Source: Ginglymostoma cirratum (lineage: Eukaryota). Taken from it: 64,000 nt of DNA. The DNA lies in contig JAHRHZ010000069.1 of NCBI GenBank assembly GCA_024137785.1, positions 22,032,750-22,096,749 of the forward strand, given 5' to 3'. Shown one piece after another: positions 26,166 to 38,829 of this stretch; the first letter of the stretch is position 1; each line of letters begins with the position of its first letter. The notes under the pieces were generated by a model, which was given only the letters and a program-made list of their open reading frames with translations, made no database searches and was not told the DNA's origin. The position numbers and the translations under genes were made by a program.

Positions 26166-27254
26166 CACTATTCCTTATGCTGACACTTGTAGGTGTAATA
26201 CTAAGCACACATATTCAATGTGTTCAGTGTGAAATAGAGAACAATGGAAAATTGGTTGAATCCATGTCTCAAGTATTGTATTAAAAACAGATTTTGGATT
26301 CAGATGATGTTGAACTTCCATTACCATGAAAAGATTTTACTTTAATTTTCAGTATATTATTAAGGTGGAAAAGCTGTTCATATAAATGCTATGAAGTCAG
26401 ATTGTCACATTTCTGTTTCCAAAACTCCTTTGTATAGATCCTGATATGAGAAGCAGCTCCTATAAGGAGATCAAAGCCAATACATTTAGATTCCATCGGT
26501 TTAGGCTGTGAAATGTAATCTAATGCAATCATCCATCATAAAATGAGAGGTTCCAAGGATGAGAAGAAATTTAGCTCATTGATTCCCTTCGCTTTATTGC
26601 CTCAGATCATCTGGTTTCAAATTAAACAGTAACTTAAAATGCTGAGTCTTTGTTTTCCAATATCTCAGTAATTCCTAGTTCCAAATATTTACATCCATTG
26701 TGTAAACCAGAGTTTCTTGAGAAGCATTTCAGTTCAAAGTTTTATTTTCACTGGTTTAAATTAATTTCTTGCCTGATACACCCACTTACTACAGAAAATT
26801 TCAAATAATATTGTCCATAATCATTGTATACTTCTGGAAAGTCAACCAACGGGAGTTTTCTTTCGGGATTTTAAGTCCCTTCTTTCAATAAAGCACCTGC
26901 TTATTTTGTTTGAAGTGATTCCTGTTGTTTTTCATGGCATCCTTGCCAATCAATGTCGTTTTTATTGAAATGTAGTGAAGTAGTTGTAATTTATTTTCAG
27001 TCACATTGACAACAAATGGACCACTGTTTTAGAAAGGTGTTAATTATTGTGTCAGAAAAAACCGTTAAAGCAGTGTCCCTTGGAAATGTGCTGAACAGAA
27101 TTACTTAAAGTATTACAAAATATTTCTGATCAGAGCTCCATTAAGGCTTTATAATGTAATGAGGATTTACACTCTCTCTTTGTATTCCAACATTTGTTAC
27201 GTTTTAATTGCTTGCTTGCTTTTTCTTACAATTGAAAGTGACCTGTCTGCTGTT

Positions 27255-27455
27255 AACTAAAACAAAAGTAAATACTGTTGGTATTGGAACCCTGAAATAA
27301 AACAAAGAAGACTGTAATTATTCTAAATCTGGAGAAAGATAAACAGAATTAGCTTTTCAGTTTGATCATTTTCCATCAGTATTAACTCTGTTTCTCTCTT
27401 CACAAAAACTATCTGGCCTGCTAAGTGTTCCCTGCTTTCTCTATTTATTTTTATG
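27255..27455. mobile_element. ancient palindromic family B-like pLTR remnant
   Basis: ggagaaagataaacagaattagc is inverted to ttaactctgtttctctcttcac. The layout resembles the 32952 copy. Confidence 0.45.
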
Positions 27456-27996
27456 TCTGCCATTATTTCCAGATCCCTTTCAAAGTGTGTCTGTGCAAAT
27501 TGTATTCTATGTCCTGAATTTTACAGGGCCTCCAAGAGCGTCCTATGAAGTGGGGGAGGAGGGGGAATGGTTTTGAAATTCATGGATGCAGTTAGGTGTA
27601 TCTGGCTCCTTCTCACCACATTGGCATTTTATCAGTAGTGTGGAGGGTGGTGTACAGCCTTTCTGCTTTAGGCCAGTTGAGGATGTTAAGCTCAGGGTAT
27701 ATCCCAGTGACCTCCTTATGAAGTGTGAGGAAGTGGGGCGGCAGGGGTATACACTCCTGAGTGGTCCATGGAAGGTCACCCCCTGAGTAACACGCCATTT
27801 TCTGAATCTGCTTGAATCGCTCAAACCTTGTTCTGGGGCCTGCCATATTGTTAGTCCTGCCTGGTTGCAGTTTCAAATGTGGCCGCTATTTCTGGTGGCA
27901 CTACTGGGATTGAATATTGACCTGTCTGGCAGGCAGTTCTAGGGAGTGGGGACTTTGTCCGTAAAGGAACAGGAGCCCCAATACAGGCAGTTAATA

Positions 27997-28089
27997 AGCA
28001 TGGGGCTGGATGAACACAGCAGGTCAAGCAGCATCATAGGAGCAGGAAAACTTGACGTTTCGGGCCTAAACCCTTCATCAGAAAATGTT
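27997..28089 (-). mobile_element. short family A pLTR-only insertion with 12-bp TSD
   Basis: Perfect TSD aggcagttaata at 27985-27996 and 28090-28101. Confidence 0.9.
28054..28081 (-). ncRNA. minimal hammerhead ribozyme core, intact
   Basis: Minus strand reads CUGAUGA-A-GGGUUUAGGCCC-GAAAC-GUC. All conserved core bases are present, with a GUC cleavage triplet. Confidence 0.75.
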
Positions 28090-28754
28090 AGGCAGTTAAT
28101 AGCCTGCTGCATGTAAAGTTGGGCCAGGGCTCTTATCTAACCAAAGCAAAGTTGTCTCTGACCTCCCAGCTAATGGACAAGATGACCATCGCAAATAAAA
28201 AATCCTGGCCCGTATTTTGGTTTCCATTTAGATCATGTGTCTGGTTCCACATTGTGGCGATGCTACTGTAGCTTTCTGGGTTTGGTGGATGTCAGCCTGA
28301 ATTTTGCTGCATACTGGCTAACTGTAAATTTTGGTGAGTTTTATTGAGGGAATTGATTCTTTGATGCTTAGCAAGATTCCTCAAGTTATTTTCGAAACTT
28401 GCATCATTGCCTATGCGCTACATCCCTATGGCACCCTGCTCGTCACATCTACCTCACGTCACAGGTGGAAGTAGTCCCTGCTGCCAGGATCTCCTGGAAT
28501 TCCCTGAGCTAGCACCACATTTAAAGCTCAGCTGTTCACCCAGTCAAGCACTGCCAACCATGTCCTTCATGGCCTTCATTGTGCATTTAGTGGGAGGGGA
28601 ATCAAAAACAAATCCAGTGCTTCTCTCGACACCCAGGTGGCATGGCTAACATTTAAATGCCACTGCCAGCGCTCATTTGTAAAGCCATTGATATTTAAAA
28701 ACCAAGCCATACAACTTAGCCATCAATGGCCTTATCCAGTTTTAGAACTGTGAC

Positions 28755-29469
28755 TGAAGAGTGTGGCTGAACAAAGAGACCTTGGTGTGCAGGTTCTTAG
28801 TTCCTTGAAGGTGGAGTCACAGGTAGACAGGGTGGTGAAGAAGGCATTTGGTATGCTTGCCTTCATTGGACAGTGCCATTGAAAATGCCATGTTGTGGCT
28901 GTACAGGGTATTGGTTAGGCAACTTTAAGAACACTGCATTCAGTTCTGGTCTCCTTGCTGCAGGAAAGACGTTGTTAAACTTGAAATGTTGCAGAAAAGA
29001 TTGACACGGATGTTACCGAAGTTGGAAGGTTTGAGTTGCAGGGAGAAGCTGAATATGCTGGGGCAATTTTCCCTGGAGCGTCGGAGGCTGACGCGTGATC
29101 TTATTAAGATTTATAAAATCATGAGGGGCATGGATAGGGTGAATAGCCAAGGTCTTTTCCCACCAGTAGAAGAGTCCAAAACAAGAAGGCATAGGTTTAA
29201 GATGAGAGGGGAAGGATTTAAAAGGGACCGAAGGGGCAACTTTTTCATGCAGAGAGTGGTGCATGCATGGTTTGAGCTGCCAGAGGAAAAGGCTGGTATA
29301 ATTACGGCATTGAATAAGCATCTGGATGGGTACATGACTAGAAAGGGTTTAGAAGGATATCGGCCAAATGTAGGCAAGTAGGACTGGATTAATTTAGGCT
29401 ACCTGGTTGGCATGGATGATTTGGACTGAATGGTCTGATTCCGTGCTGTACATGTCTTTGACTATATGA
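28755..29469 (+). mobile_element. 5'-truncated CR1/HER1-type LINE
   Basis: EQRDLGVQV, LERRRLTRDLIKIYKIMRG and GNFFMQRVVHAWFELP. The 3' UTR ends tctttgactatatg. Confidence 0.92.
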
Positions 29470-29889
29470 CGAAAGGAGTGTATCTCTACCTAATATCCAA
29501 CCCTAACATCATCTCATTTTTCAATGTGGGAGCAACATCAGAGATAGTAAAGCATCACACCATTGTAAGTGTTTGTGTTTATTCAGCAACAGCAAAAACG
29601 AGCAATAAAGAGAAAAACAAAAGCTGCATCTGCCCCTGGAAACAGACAGGGATTGCTTGCCTTTTGAGCCCTAACAAATTTACAGTCAATGAGCGATCAC
29701 TGCACCCAACTCTCATCTGCTAGGAAGAAAGAGTAAATTAAGTCCCATTTGGCTTCTTGAATCTGTCACTGCAGTGTTCTATCATGGAGAAGGTGATGTC
29801 CCCCTGCTCACTGTTCCTAACTTGCTGTTTGGAAAACTGCTGCCTCTCTCCCAGCTGTTCAGAGTCCATTGCATCCTCTCATTGCCTGC

Positions 29890-30560
29890 TCTAGTATTGC
29901 AGAGTGCAGCTTACTAGGATTATGTGACACACTCTTTCTGGAGAGTGCTGCAAGGAACCTCAGTAACCCAAACTCCTGTATGACAGACCTCTCGCCTGCT
30001 CTGTGATGGCCCTGGTTAAAGCATCGGCTGCATTGTATTCACACTTGGCCTCAGTCAGGGGGTTAAATAAATGAAGTTGCAGAGGCTATCCCTTGTCTTG
30101 CAGTAAACCCATCGTTACACCACGGCAACAGTGACAACAACCCTTGCTGCAGCTGGATTCACCAGTCACACTTAAAATGAAACTGTCTAGGGAATATCAG
30201 AAATACCTCATGAGCAGTCAGCATTCGCATTACACACAAAAGGCAGTTTAGCATTCTCTTCTATAGAGTGGGACATGAAGGACTCCAACAGGAAAGGTCA
30301 TGGAATATCTCCACATGAACCTTGGACATAGGGACTTTATTCCAATGATTGCAGCAGAAGCAATATCATGCCAATACAGTAGGAAGTTGAATGCTTTTTG
30401 ATGACTGATACTTTGTCCTCCCAGACCAGCATCACTCAAGAAAGGCAGCATTGCATACAAAAGAATGTTCTCAAACACCCACAGTTCAAAGAAATCAGCT
30501 CGGTGGCCTTTGAGACCTTGCACTGCCATTGTGAATTAAGGCCCACCAGGGCCAATTTTA
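29890..30560 (-). pseudogene. HARBI1-like PIF/Harbinger DDE transposase fossil
   Basis: Minus strand ~30110-29892 reads GLLQDKG*PL...PLTEAKCEYNAADALTRAITEQARG...GSLQHSPERVCHIILVSCTLQ. This is collinear with the Harbinger motifs LLGD.GYPL, YN.AH..TR..IE and LQYSPE.V..II..CC.LHN. Confidence 0.75.
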
Positions 30561-32194
30561 AGACTGTCTGATATTACTTCAGTTTCACTGAGATGGTTGT
30601 TATCCATCTGCAATTATTAATGACACAGTCAAGACTGTTCGTGACCAGGGGTTTGTAACCTACATAGTTGGACATAATACCCTGAAACGCACGTAGTGAT
30701 TACAGATGACAAACCTGTATTGTGAAAGTGCTTAATGATTGTAATTGCCCCTTGAATGGCCTCATAGTGCTCACCAGTATGTTCAGACAGGGAAAAAAAA
30801 AGCTTATAACACCTACTCCAATTTTGGAGGCAGCCATCTTACATTTCTATTGCACATTTGCAAGTTGAATGAGAAAGGAAGGCAACGCAGGCCAAATTTG
30901 GCACTGTGAGTCACAGGCTTAGTGATCAAGAAGGGTCACTGCGTGTTTATTTCTTCCTTTTAATCCAAGTCGAGACCATCACTATTCAGTTTTCAGACAT
31001 TTCTCTTTGGATTACACCTTCATCTCTCAGCGTTACTCCTTACATCTTAGTCATATGAATTACCATGCTGCAGTGCCCCAACCCATTGAGGCCAGGGTAA
31101 TGGTGACCATGAATGACCACCTGTCCTAAATCCTAGCTCCCCCAAACCCCCGATCCCAGACGGATTATCAATTCTCCATACTGTATGTTGAGTATTCTCC
31201 CATTTGCAATTATTTCCTCTCTGCATCCCAGGATGCTGTTGCATTCCTCAGTTTCCCTACCGGAGCAGAGGTGCATGATAACATCCACACACCCTCCCCC
31301 GACAACTTTGAGTGAACTGATCCCCAAAGGCAAGAGAAATACTATGAGCCTTAAAGCTCTGGTAAAGTGGGGGCAAAGCATGTTATGACAAGGCAAGGCA
31401 GAGATGCTGTAGGCACAAAGTATGTGAGCACAAAGAGAGCAAAGGAAGAGCCCTGAAATGCATCCTGATCGAATCTGTGAAATTGGTGCCTGTCTTGGAT
31501 TGTGTGTCCTGGCAGCAGTATCACAATGGAAGGTGCCATTGAACTCTAAAGTGCGGAACTGTACTGTACATGAATCAGAGTTGTGCCCTGATGATGCACT
31601 GAGGATGAAACTTATCTAATGTCAATGTCCTTGAACAGGGTGGCATGCAGTTGCTGACCATGGAGCATTAGTAGGGATGTTGGTGACTGGTATTCAAGAT
31701 GGAGGGACAGAGGAGCAAGCAGTGAGCTGGAGTCTCTGTGTACCCACTCTGATGTTCATTTTGGGAATTCTCATGTCGAGTTTCTCTCCAGAAGGTGGGA
31801 CAGTGAAAATGCTGTTCTATCAATTAGATGCGATGCTAATAGTGAAATGTTAACAAATGCAAATAGACCTCTCGCTGTCCATGAGCAAGATTCATGCCTG
31901 ACCATTCAAACTTTGGTTTCTTAGGGCTGGAAAAATTCAACCCACTGTTTCCACCCAAAGGCTGTGAGATAACATCAGCTGGGGAAAGCTGATGCAACTT
32001 CAGTATTAACTCTTTCAGAATCATGAACTTGACTTACACAATAGTCACAAAATACCTTATTCAGATGTTGAATTAGATTAATTTTCATAACCCGTATCAT
32101 TCACATAGAGACAACAATATTTGAAAAAAATGTTAGCATTCCTTATATCCAACCTACCACTTAAAATAAAACTGTCTATAGAATTTTTAAAGCT

Positions 32195-32545
32195 CATGAT
32201 TCAGACCTGGGGGTGGCCTGGCAAGGTTGCTCATCATTAGCTATGACTGAATAGCTTGTTAAGTCACTTCAGAGAGCAGTTGGCAAGAGTTGATAATAAT
32301 GTGGGATTGCATTTAGAATATTAATGTTAGATTGGACTCCTGCATAGGTCTATAAGTGTAAGGATGATTATTCCCCTTCTCTCAGTGACATTAGTAACTA
32401 GGCAGCTTTTATGACGATTGAATAACTTTGTGGTCACTTTTACTAAAACTTTTTTTTTATTTTCTGGATTTCTTGTAAAAACAATTACAGTTCTCGTGGT
32501 GGGTGTTGAACTTGGATTCTTGTGGCTTATTACTTCATGTACTAG
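32195..32545 (-). mobile_element. decayed SINE family S3
   Basis: cacttcagagagcagtt...gacattagtaac...ggtcacttttactaa...gtgggtgttgaac matches the other S3 copies. Confidence 0.5.
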
Positions 32546-32951
32546 TGCTCAGAAACATGAGATATTTGCTGCTCTGTAAAGATTAGATTTCGCAATCGGT
32601 TCACCTTGTGGGAGTGAATGGGTAGAATCATAAAGATTTGTAAAGAAGGTATTCATTCATCCTCTGTTCTTGTGCCAGTGAGGATACAGTTAGTTATTTA
32701 AGATGATGTATTCTTCTGATTAATATAAACTAAAATGAATGTATATTGAATTTCGATAATACGGCTTTAGAAACAGTGATAATAGGCCTCTGAAATGTTT
32801 GTAATGATGTTTTATTTGTTGGGAAAATGTCAGTAAAGGGAAAAACTGAATCAACGATACATTTGAAATGCAAAAAAAAGTGTTGAATTTATTTTGATTG
32901 CACTCTGTATTCTTAAAATTTTTGGTCTCTTCAGGCTAGCTTTCTAGATTG

Positions 32952-33109
32952 ATAGAAAAACAAATTGCTGGCAAAACTCGACAGGTTTGGCGGCATTTGT
33001 GGGGAGAAAGCAGAATTAACGCTTCGAGTCCGATGACTCTTCATCTGATGAAGATGCAGTTTCTGTTTTTGTTTCAGATGTCCAACATCCACAGTTCTTT
33101 GTGTTTATT
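32952..33109. mobile_element. short palindromic family B pLTR insertion
   Basis: The left arm carries a minus-strand hammerhead-like core (33018-33047). The inversion point is cttcatc-t-gatgaag and the right arm is mostly tail. Decayed TSD ttctagattgatag vs ttccaggtggatag. Confidence 0.75.
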
Positions 33110-34034
33110 CCAGGTGGATAGTTTCACCTCATTTTCTACTTTTGTTATCTGACAGGATTAATTTATATGAAATAAATTTCTGGTGTAAATTAAGATCTTG
33201 GACATAATACCTCATTAATCATTACTGCAAAAGACAAATATAGAGACAAGCTTGAGCTTTATTTCTTTGAAGACTATTGAGGGTTTGTGGACTATAAAAT
33301 TTTAAGAACTGTCCAATTGCAATATTTTCAGAAAATATCAAAAGTTTGCTCCACCTAACAGAAAACTGTCTTCTACTCTGTCTATTACTTGAACCCTTTG
33401 TCACGAAGTACAGAATATTCTTTCAGTTTAAGATGAGCTGGTAGGAAATCTCACTGCTCTAGGTGCTGAAGCCTGTTTCCATGAGCTCAGATCTTTGGTA
33501 ATCAGGTTCGCTGTTGCAATGAAGTACTTCCCCCAGCTCTTTTCTCAAAACAACAGCACAGTTGTGACTGTTAACCCTCAAAGATAATGCTCAGTAGAAT
33601 TATTTACATTCTTTCCAGTTTTTTTTTGTGAAGTAAACTCTGATTCAGAAATCTGAAAACATGAGCTGATGATGCAGGTTGCACAGAAACTTTCAGAATG
33701 TGGAATGAATCAGAGTGCTTACATTGTTTTGACAAAGCTGGCTGTGACAAGTTACCACAACCCCCAATAAGTCTTCTACTGAGATACCTGTAACTGGATT
33801 TTCTTTTTACTCACTTTCACATGCCAGGCATTATTTTTGCTGCTATCAAAATTGGAGTGAAACTCAGTGTGTGTCATGTTTTCATAATTATGTCAGTCAT
33901 GCATGAATGGTGCCCAAGAAATTCAGATTGCTCCCTTCCCAAGCTTATGTTTTCCTTTCTATTAGTTGTCTTTAGAAATCCTGTAGGCCTTGAAGCATAA
34001 TTTTAATAGTTTTATTGTAATCGCTCAACCCTTT

Positions 34035-35138
34035 TTGAGAACCTTATTACTCTTCTACCTCGACAGGAATTTTCATAAAACTTTGCGGTGCTAGGTGCAA
34101 GATCTATTAGACGAGACAGATTTTAAGGAAAAACATTGCCTTTCCTGATGTACTGATCAATTCCTAACCCCCCACAAATTGCTTTTAATTTATTCCTGTT
34201 ACTTAAGCCATCTCATTTGTTGAAAAGTGGAAGAAAATCTACCCTAAGGATTGGACCAAATCTTTGTAATTTCCCAGTTGGACCAAGAATGACTGTTTGT
34301 GTTGAAAAGGATAAAAATTGCTCTGATTGCTTGGAGTGAAAAGATTTGCAGTGGGAATTATTAAAGGTACTGACAAATCTATAGACTCAACTTCAAATTT
34401 TCACATTACTGTTAGAGTTCTTCCATTTCCCTTGCATTTTTAAAAACAAGTTGGATTCACTTGGTAAAAGAAAGCATCAGGAACTTTAGATTGCAATTTT
34501 TAGGATCTTGCTGTTAAACTGCAGAAATTGCAGCATCTCCTATGTATCCTATTCTTTAAAAAGGAGCATAGCTTCTAAATTGCTCATTTCAACCAGGTTG
34601 CAACCCATTCCAGAAAAGCTTTTTCTTGAAGCCAAATGGAACCTGTAAAGATGGCCACCCCTGTCTGTAATACTTACATGGATTTGTATTGTGCAAAGCA
34701 TCATCAATTCTAAATTGTTAAAATAATTTAGCAGTTTCAGTTTCAAAATTACCCAGAAGTTAATCATGTCTAAAATTTTACAAGTGCACAAGTGATTCAG
34801 TGTCTCTTTCAGCATGGTCCAATCATTGCTAAACTTGGTGTGGACTTTGACAGGATTGAAATAAAAGGTAAACATTTTGAGTTCTTCCCTATTAATTTTT
34901 AAGATGTTTATTTAATTTTATTTAACTGGATCATCAAAAGCAGTTATTTATTCAGAGTAATGTTCTAATGTCTTGAAGTTTGCCTGCTTGTGATTCTGCA
35001 TCCAGGTCATGTTCCAAACTGCACTGTGAATAAACTGGGGGAGGTGGTTATTCAACCTTGTCATTATATCTTGTCTGTAAGTTTTTTTTAGGGCCTTTAT
35101 ATTGAGAACCTTATTACTCTTCTACCTAGACAGGAATT
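34035..35138. repeat. 37-bp direct repeat pair about 1.07 kb apart
   Basis: ttgagaaccttattactcttctacct[c/a]gacaggaatt at 34035-34071 and 35102-35138, with one mismatch. Confidence 0.9.
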
Positions 35139-35509
35139 GTCTAATGCTTCCATTTCATCACAGCAGGATTGCCTGGTGTATTATCATGCATACATCTCAA
35201 TGTCACACGTTATTTAAAGCTTAGGATTTTAAATTTTTAATTGAAACAAAACCATTCAGTCAACAACTCTTGACTGCGCACATGGCAGCAGGAGGGCTGC
35301 TGTGTATAAATAGAAGCCAGTAGCAGGGTCAATGTCCTTTTAAACAAATTTTTGAGCTACCTTTTCTCAGTTTGGGTGACACACAATGGATGGAATCAGC
35401 TGTGGGTGAATGCATTTCTTTTGTGGTCAAACTTGAAACTGTTTGTTTTTAAACCAGAAAACCTTATGATCCAGTGACAACTTAATTGGACAGGGTAGTT
35501 CTTTCAGAG

Positions 35510-36330
35510 AATCACACACAATCTACAGCATCATAATAGGTATTTCTGCCCAGCAAATCTACGTTGGTGTTAATACCCATCCTGAGTCTTCTCACACTTT
35601 AATTATCTCTGCTGTGGCTGACCACAAACCTATTATTCCCTTCTCCAAATTATGTATGAACCTTCCTTTAAGTGCGTTACTGTAATGTGAATTGACAACA
35701 GACAGCTAGCATCATCACATTTGCACATTCTCATCATTCTCTCTGTAAAGAAATTCATCCTAAGTTCTTTATTGATCTGTTATTGTCTGTTTTGTCCCCT
35801 CTTTCTGGACTGATCGAAAGGTCAAAGCAGTTTCTCCATGTACGCTTGAATGAACCCCTTCTTAATTTTAAAGACTTTTATCAGATCTCTTCTCAGCCTC
35901 CTCAGCTTGAGGGAAAAAAAATCCCTAATCTGCATAATCTTTATTGACAGAGCTTTAACTTTCATCCTTTCCAATTCTGTAACAATCTTGTCAATCTTTT
36001 CTGCATTTTTGCTTGTACATCGACATGTTCTTTTGCAATGTGGAGACCATACCTGTGCACAATACTCTAAATGTGTTCAGTTCATAAAACTGAACAGACT
36101 TGGCTGCAGTTAGTCATTTTTATTTATCTGCAATCCCAGATATTTTGAATCTTCTATTATATTTAGTTACTTGGCTTTTAAGTCATAAATGGCTTCTTTA
36201 GTCTTATTACCAAAATTAATGATCTCACACTAATGGTACATTTAAACTTCATTTGCCGTTTATTCACATGCTCTGCAAGCCAGTTCATCAATGAAGCACA
36301 AATTTGGTAGCCCCTGAAAATTTCAACTCC
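35510..36330 (-). mobile_element. old CR1 3' half
   Basis: tggagaccatacctgtgcacaatactctaaatgtg reversed is HLEYCAQVWSP. aagacttttatcagatctc reversed is DLIKVF. Confidence 0.75.
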
Positions 36331-36403
36331 TAACTATAGGACAAAAGTTGGTTTTTGACACCCTGACAAAAATATTTCAAACAAACCAATAAATCCTTTG
36401 TCA

Positions 36404-36481
36404 GAGATAAAAGGTACTGCAGATGCTGGAGAATCCGAGATAACAAGCATGGGGCTGGATGAACACAGCAGGTCAAGCAGC
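36404..36481 (-). mobile_element. truncated family A pLTR insertion with 11-bp TSD
   Basis: TSD atcctttgtca at 36393-36403 and 36482-36492. It has the 33-nt tail and pLTR end but is truncated before the ribozyme. Confidence 0.9.
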
Positions 36482-37066
36482 ATCCTTTGTCACCTCGAGT
36501 TTTGCATCCAAGCACGTTATTTATGTCATCATTTAGCAAAGATTGTATTATTTTAATGCCATTTGTACTAAGCTAATTGTTCTGGATTCATTATATCTCA
36601 ATTTGTGATGGTTGGAATGATAATTCCTGTCTTTAGGCAACATTGGTCTCGTTTGAAAAGAAGTAACAACATTCTTCCAAATCAGTCTTGGGGTTTCATA
36701 TAGTCACCAATAATTTTAAAGGTCTTATCTTTATAATCGAATCTCCAGTTGAAACTTGCTGTGTTGTTTGCCAGTAGAATGATTCTACCACCAATCATCT
36801 CTTCTTAACTGGATCTGAGGTCCCATATGATAGAGGAGCAACTCTAGTGAGTCTTAATAAAATGATGCTCTGTCTTAACAAGATGTAGCCTTTTGCTTGA
36901 TAGCAATTGGGTGCAAGATGTATCAGCTAGTTAGATATTGCTAGTAAGGCTTTTGAAATACACAGATGTCACACATTTGTCACTTTTGAGATCGAGAGCA
37001 ATATTTCCAATTTCCTATAAAAACTGTTTGATATTGCCAGATTGGATGGATCTAACCATCTCCAAC

Positions 37067-37395
37067 GTGGCTTGGTGGCTTAGTGATTAGCACTGCATCC
37101 GCACAGTGCCAGGCACCCACGTTCGATTCCAGCCCAGGACGACTGTCTGTGTGGCCTTTGCACATTCTCCCTGTGTCTGCGTAGTATTCCGCTGAGCACT
37201 CTGGTTTCCTCCCACAGTCCAAAGATGTGCAAGTTAGTAATTGGCCATGCTACAGTGCCCATGGTGTTCAAGGATGTGTCGGTTAGCCATGGGAAATGCA
37301 GGGTTGCAGGGGGATGCATCTGAGTAGAACGTTCTTCAGAGAGTTGGTGTGGACTTGTGGGCCTGAATGGCCTGTTTCCACAATGTGGGGATTCT
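37067..37395 (+). mobile_element. HE1-type V-SINE
   Basis: A box tggcttagtgattag, B box gttcgattcc, V core ggtttcctcccacagtccaaagatgtgc and a CR1-like tail gggcctgaatggcctgtttcc. Confidence 0.9.
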
Positions 37396-38829
37396 TTAAA
37401 AAAATTAACCCTTCCTTTCATAGTCAATTAACTTGTACAACATCTCTTCTCCTGTCCCCCCGTAGTTAACACCTGTCCATTCATGTGTATACTTACATTC
37501 ACCATAACCCAGTGTCCTTTCAGGTCTCTGATGTCTCAAATTCAGGTGGCCTGGAGGTTTCACAATTCTTCAGAACACATTCTCCTCAGTCTTGGACAAT
37601 TGTTAGGTATTTGTCTTAAGGACTGTTGACCTTGATTCTGGTCTTGCTCTTGGATGATCTGTAAACTGTCTCTCTACTGAAGAATCTTTTATCTCTTGGA
37701 TGCCCTTCATGGAGGGCATGGTTTCTGTCATCCCAGATAGTTGACCCATTACCTTATTTGGATGATATTTTATTTCCTGAGTGTGTTTCACAAGAGGAAC
37801 TCTTTTCTGCTGAATGACAATGTCTAGGGGAGCTGTTAACCGCTCAAATTTCCATCATGGGAAATGGCTGCTCAGTGGAAATGAGTACTTTGTCAGGTGA
37901 TTTCATCTTTTTGACTGTTCCCTGAATCTGTGACCATTGGTTGGCTTCCATGGAGTCATATGCACCTCATCTTCATTTTGTGCAAGCAAATTTTATTCAC
38001 AAGTTGCTAATATATCTGTGTTGAAGTATGCAAACTCTTGTTTTTAAATTGTTGATTAGGTTTGACATCTTAATTTGCTTTGGTGGTTAAACTAATGTAC
38101 CAAATGTTTTCCCGTCCTGAGTTATGGTACTGATGGACGCCTGCTTACTTAGCATTGTCGCTAGCGCAGATTCTGATAATTCTTCTTTGGAAGGTGAAGA
38201 ATTGAATTGTTTCTCATGAACTTGTTTAATATCAAATTCAAACCTGCAATAATAGTTTGTTCTTCAGACAATCCAGTTCAGTTAAATAGTCCTCAGTGGG
38301 CTTGAGTGGGTTGTATCACTCATTATTTTTGTCATTACTTGCTTCTAATCTCAAACTTTGCTGATTCCTGTCATTTGAATCTTCTCCAATGATAATAAGA
38401 TTGCAAAATATTTCCACTGCTCCTGCTGAGTTGCAGATTTCCTTCCTGTTTTCAGTACAAAACAATTCTCTTTTGCTAGCATGGGTTATTTCAACAGGTT
38501 CTTTTTTGCGTTCTGCCGTGAATCTAGGAAGCACAATTAAATGTTCAACTGGTTGCCCCTTAACAATTCAAAGACAACAGTTTGTTCCTGGGCCTGAGGT
38601 TCTGTAACTAGCTTCTCTTTGAATAGACTTGGCATAGCTTGGTTTCTCTTGACCTGTTTGCTGTCCCTTAGAACTAATTAAACACTTTTTGCTACCTTGA
38701 GGTTGTACACTCGAGTGATAATATTGATTGTGAATCACTTGTACATTCTCAACTCGCAATTGTGTTGAGGAGTTGCTTGTTGCATCGCTTTCATCATGAG
38801 AGATACGTCACCTGGATGCCGTATTTAAT

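Larger units (their letters stand above)
27512..28211. mobile_element. possible non-autonomous Harbinger-type MITE
   Basis: Degenerate terminal inverted repeats (TIRs) gtcctgaatttt and aaaaatcctggccc around a GC-richer interior. It hosts the 27997 insertion. Confidence 0.35.

Noticed and set aside
34035-35138. 37-bp repeats as a CRISPR array
   Set aside because: There are only two copies, 1 kb apart, in a eukaryotic context with no cas genes.
37067-37140. tRNA genes suggested by A and B boxes (also 46553, 51600, 60560, 42258)
   Set aside because: No cloverleaf was evident, and the boxes run directly into SINE bodies.
37524-37606. 83-nt exon candidate
   Set aside because: The donor is weak, the peptide is unrecognised, and it lies in probable LINE remnant sequence.
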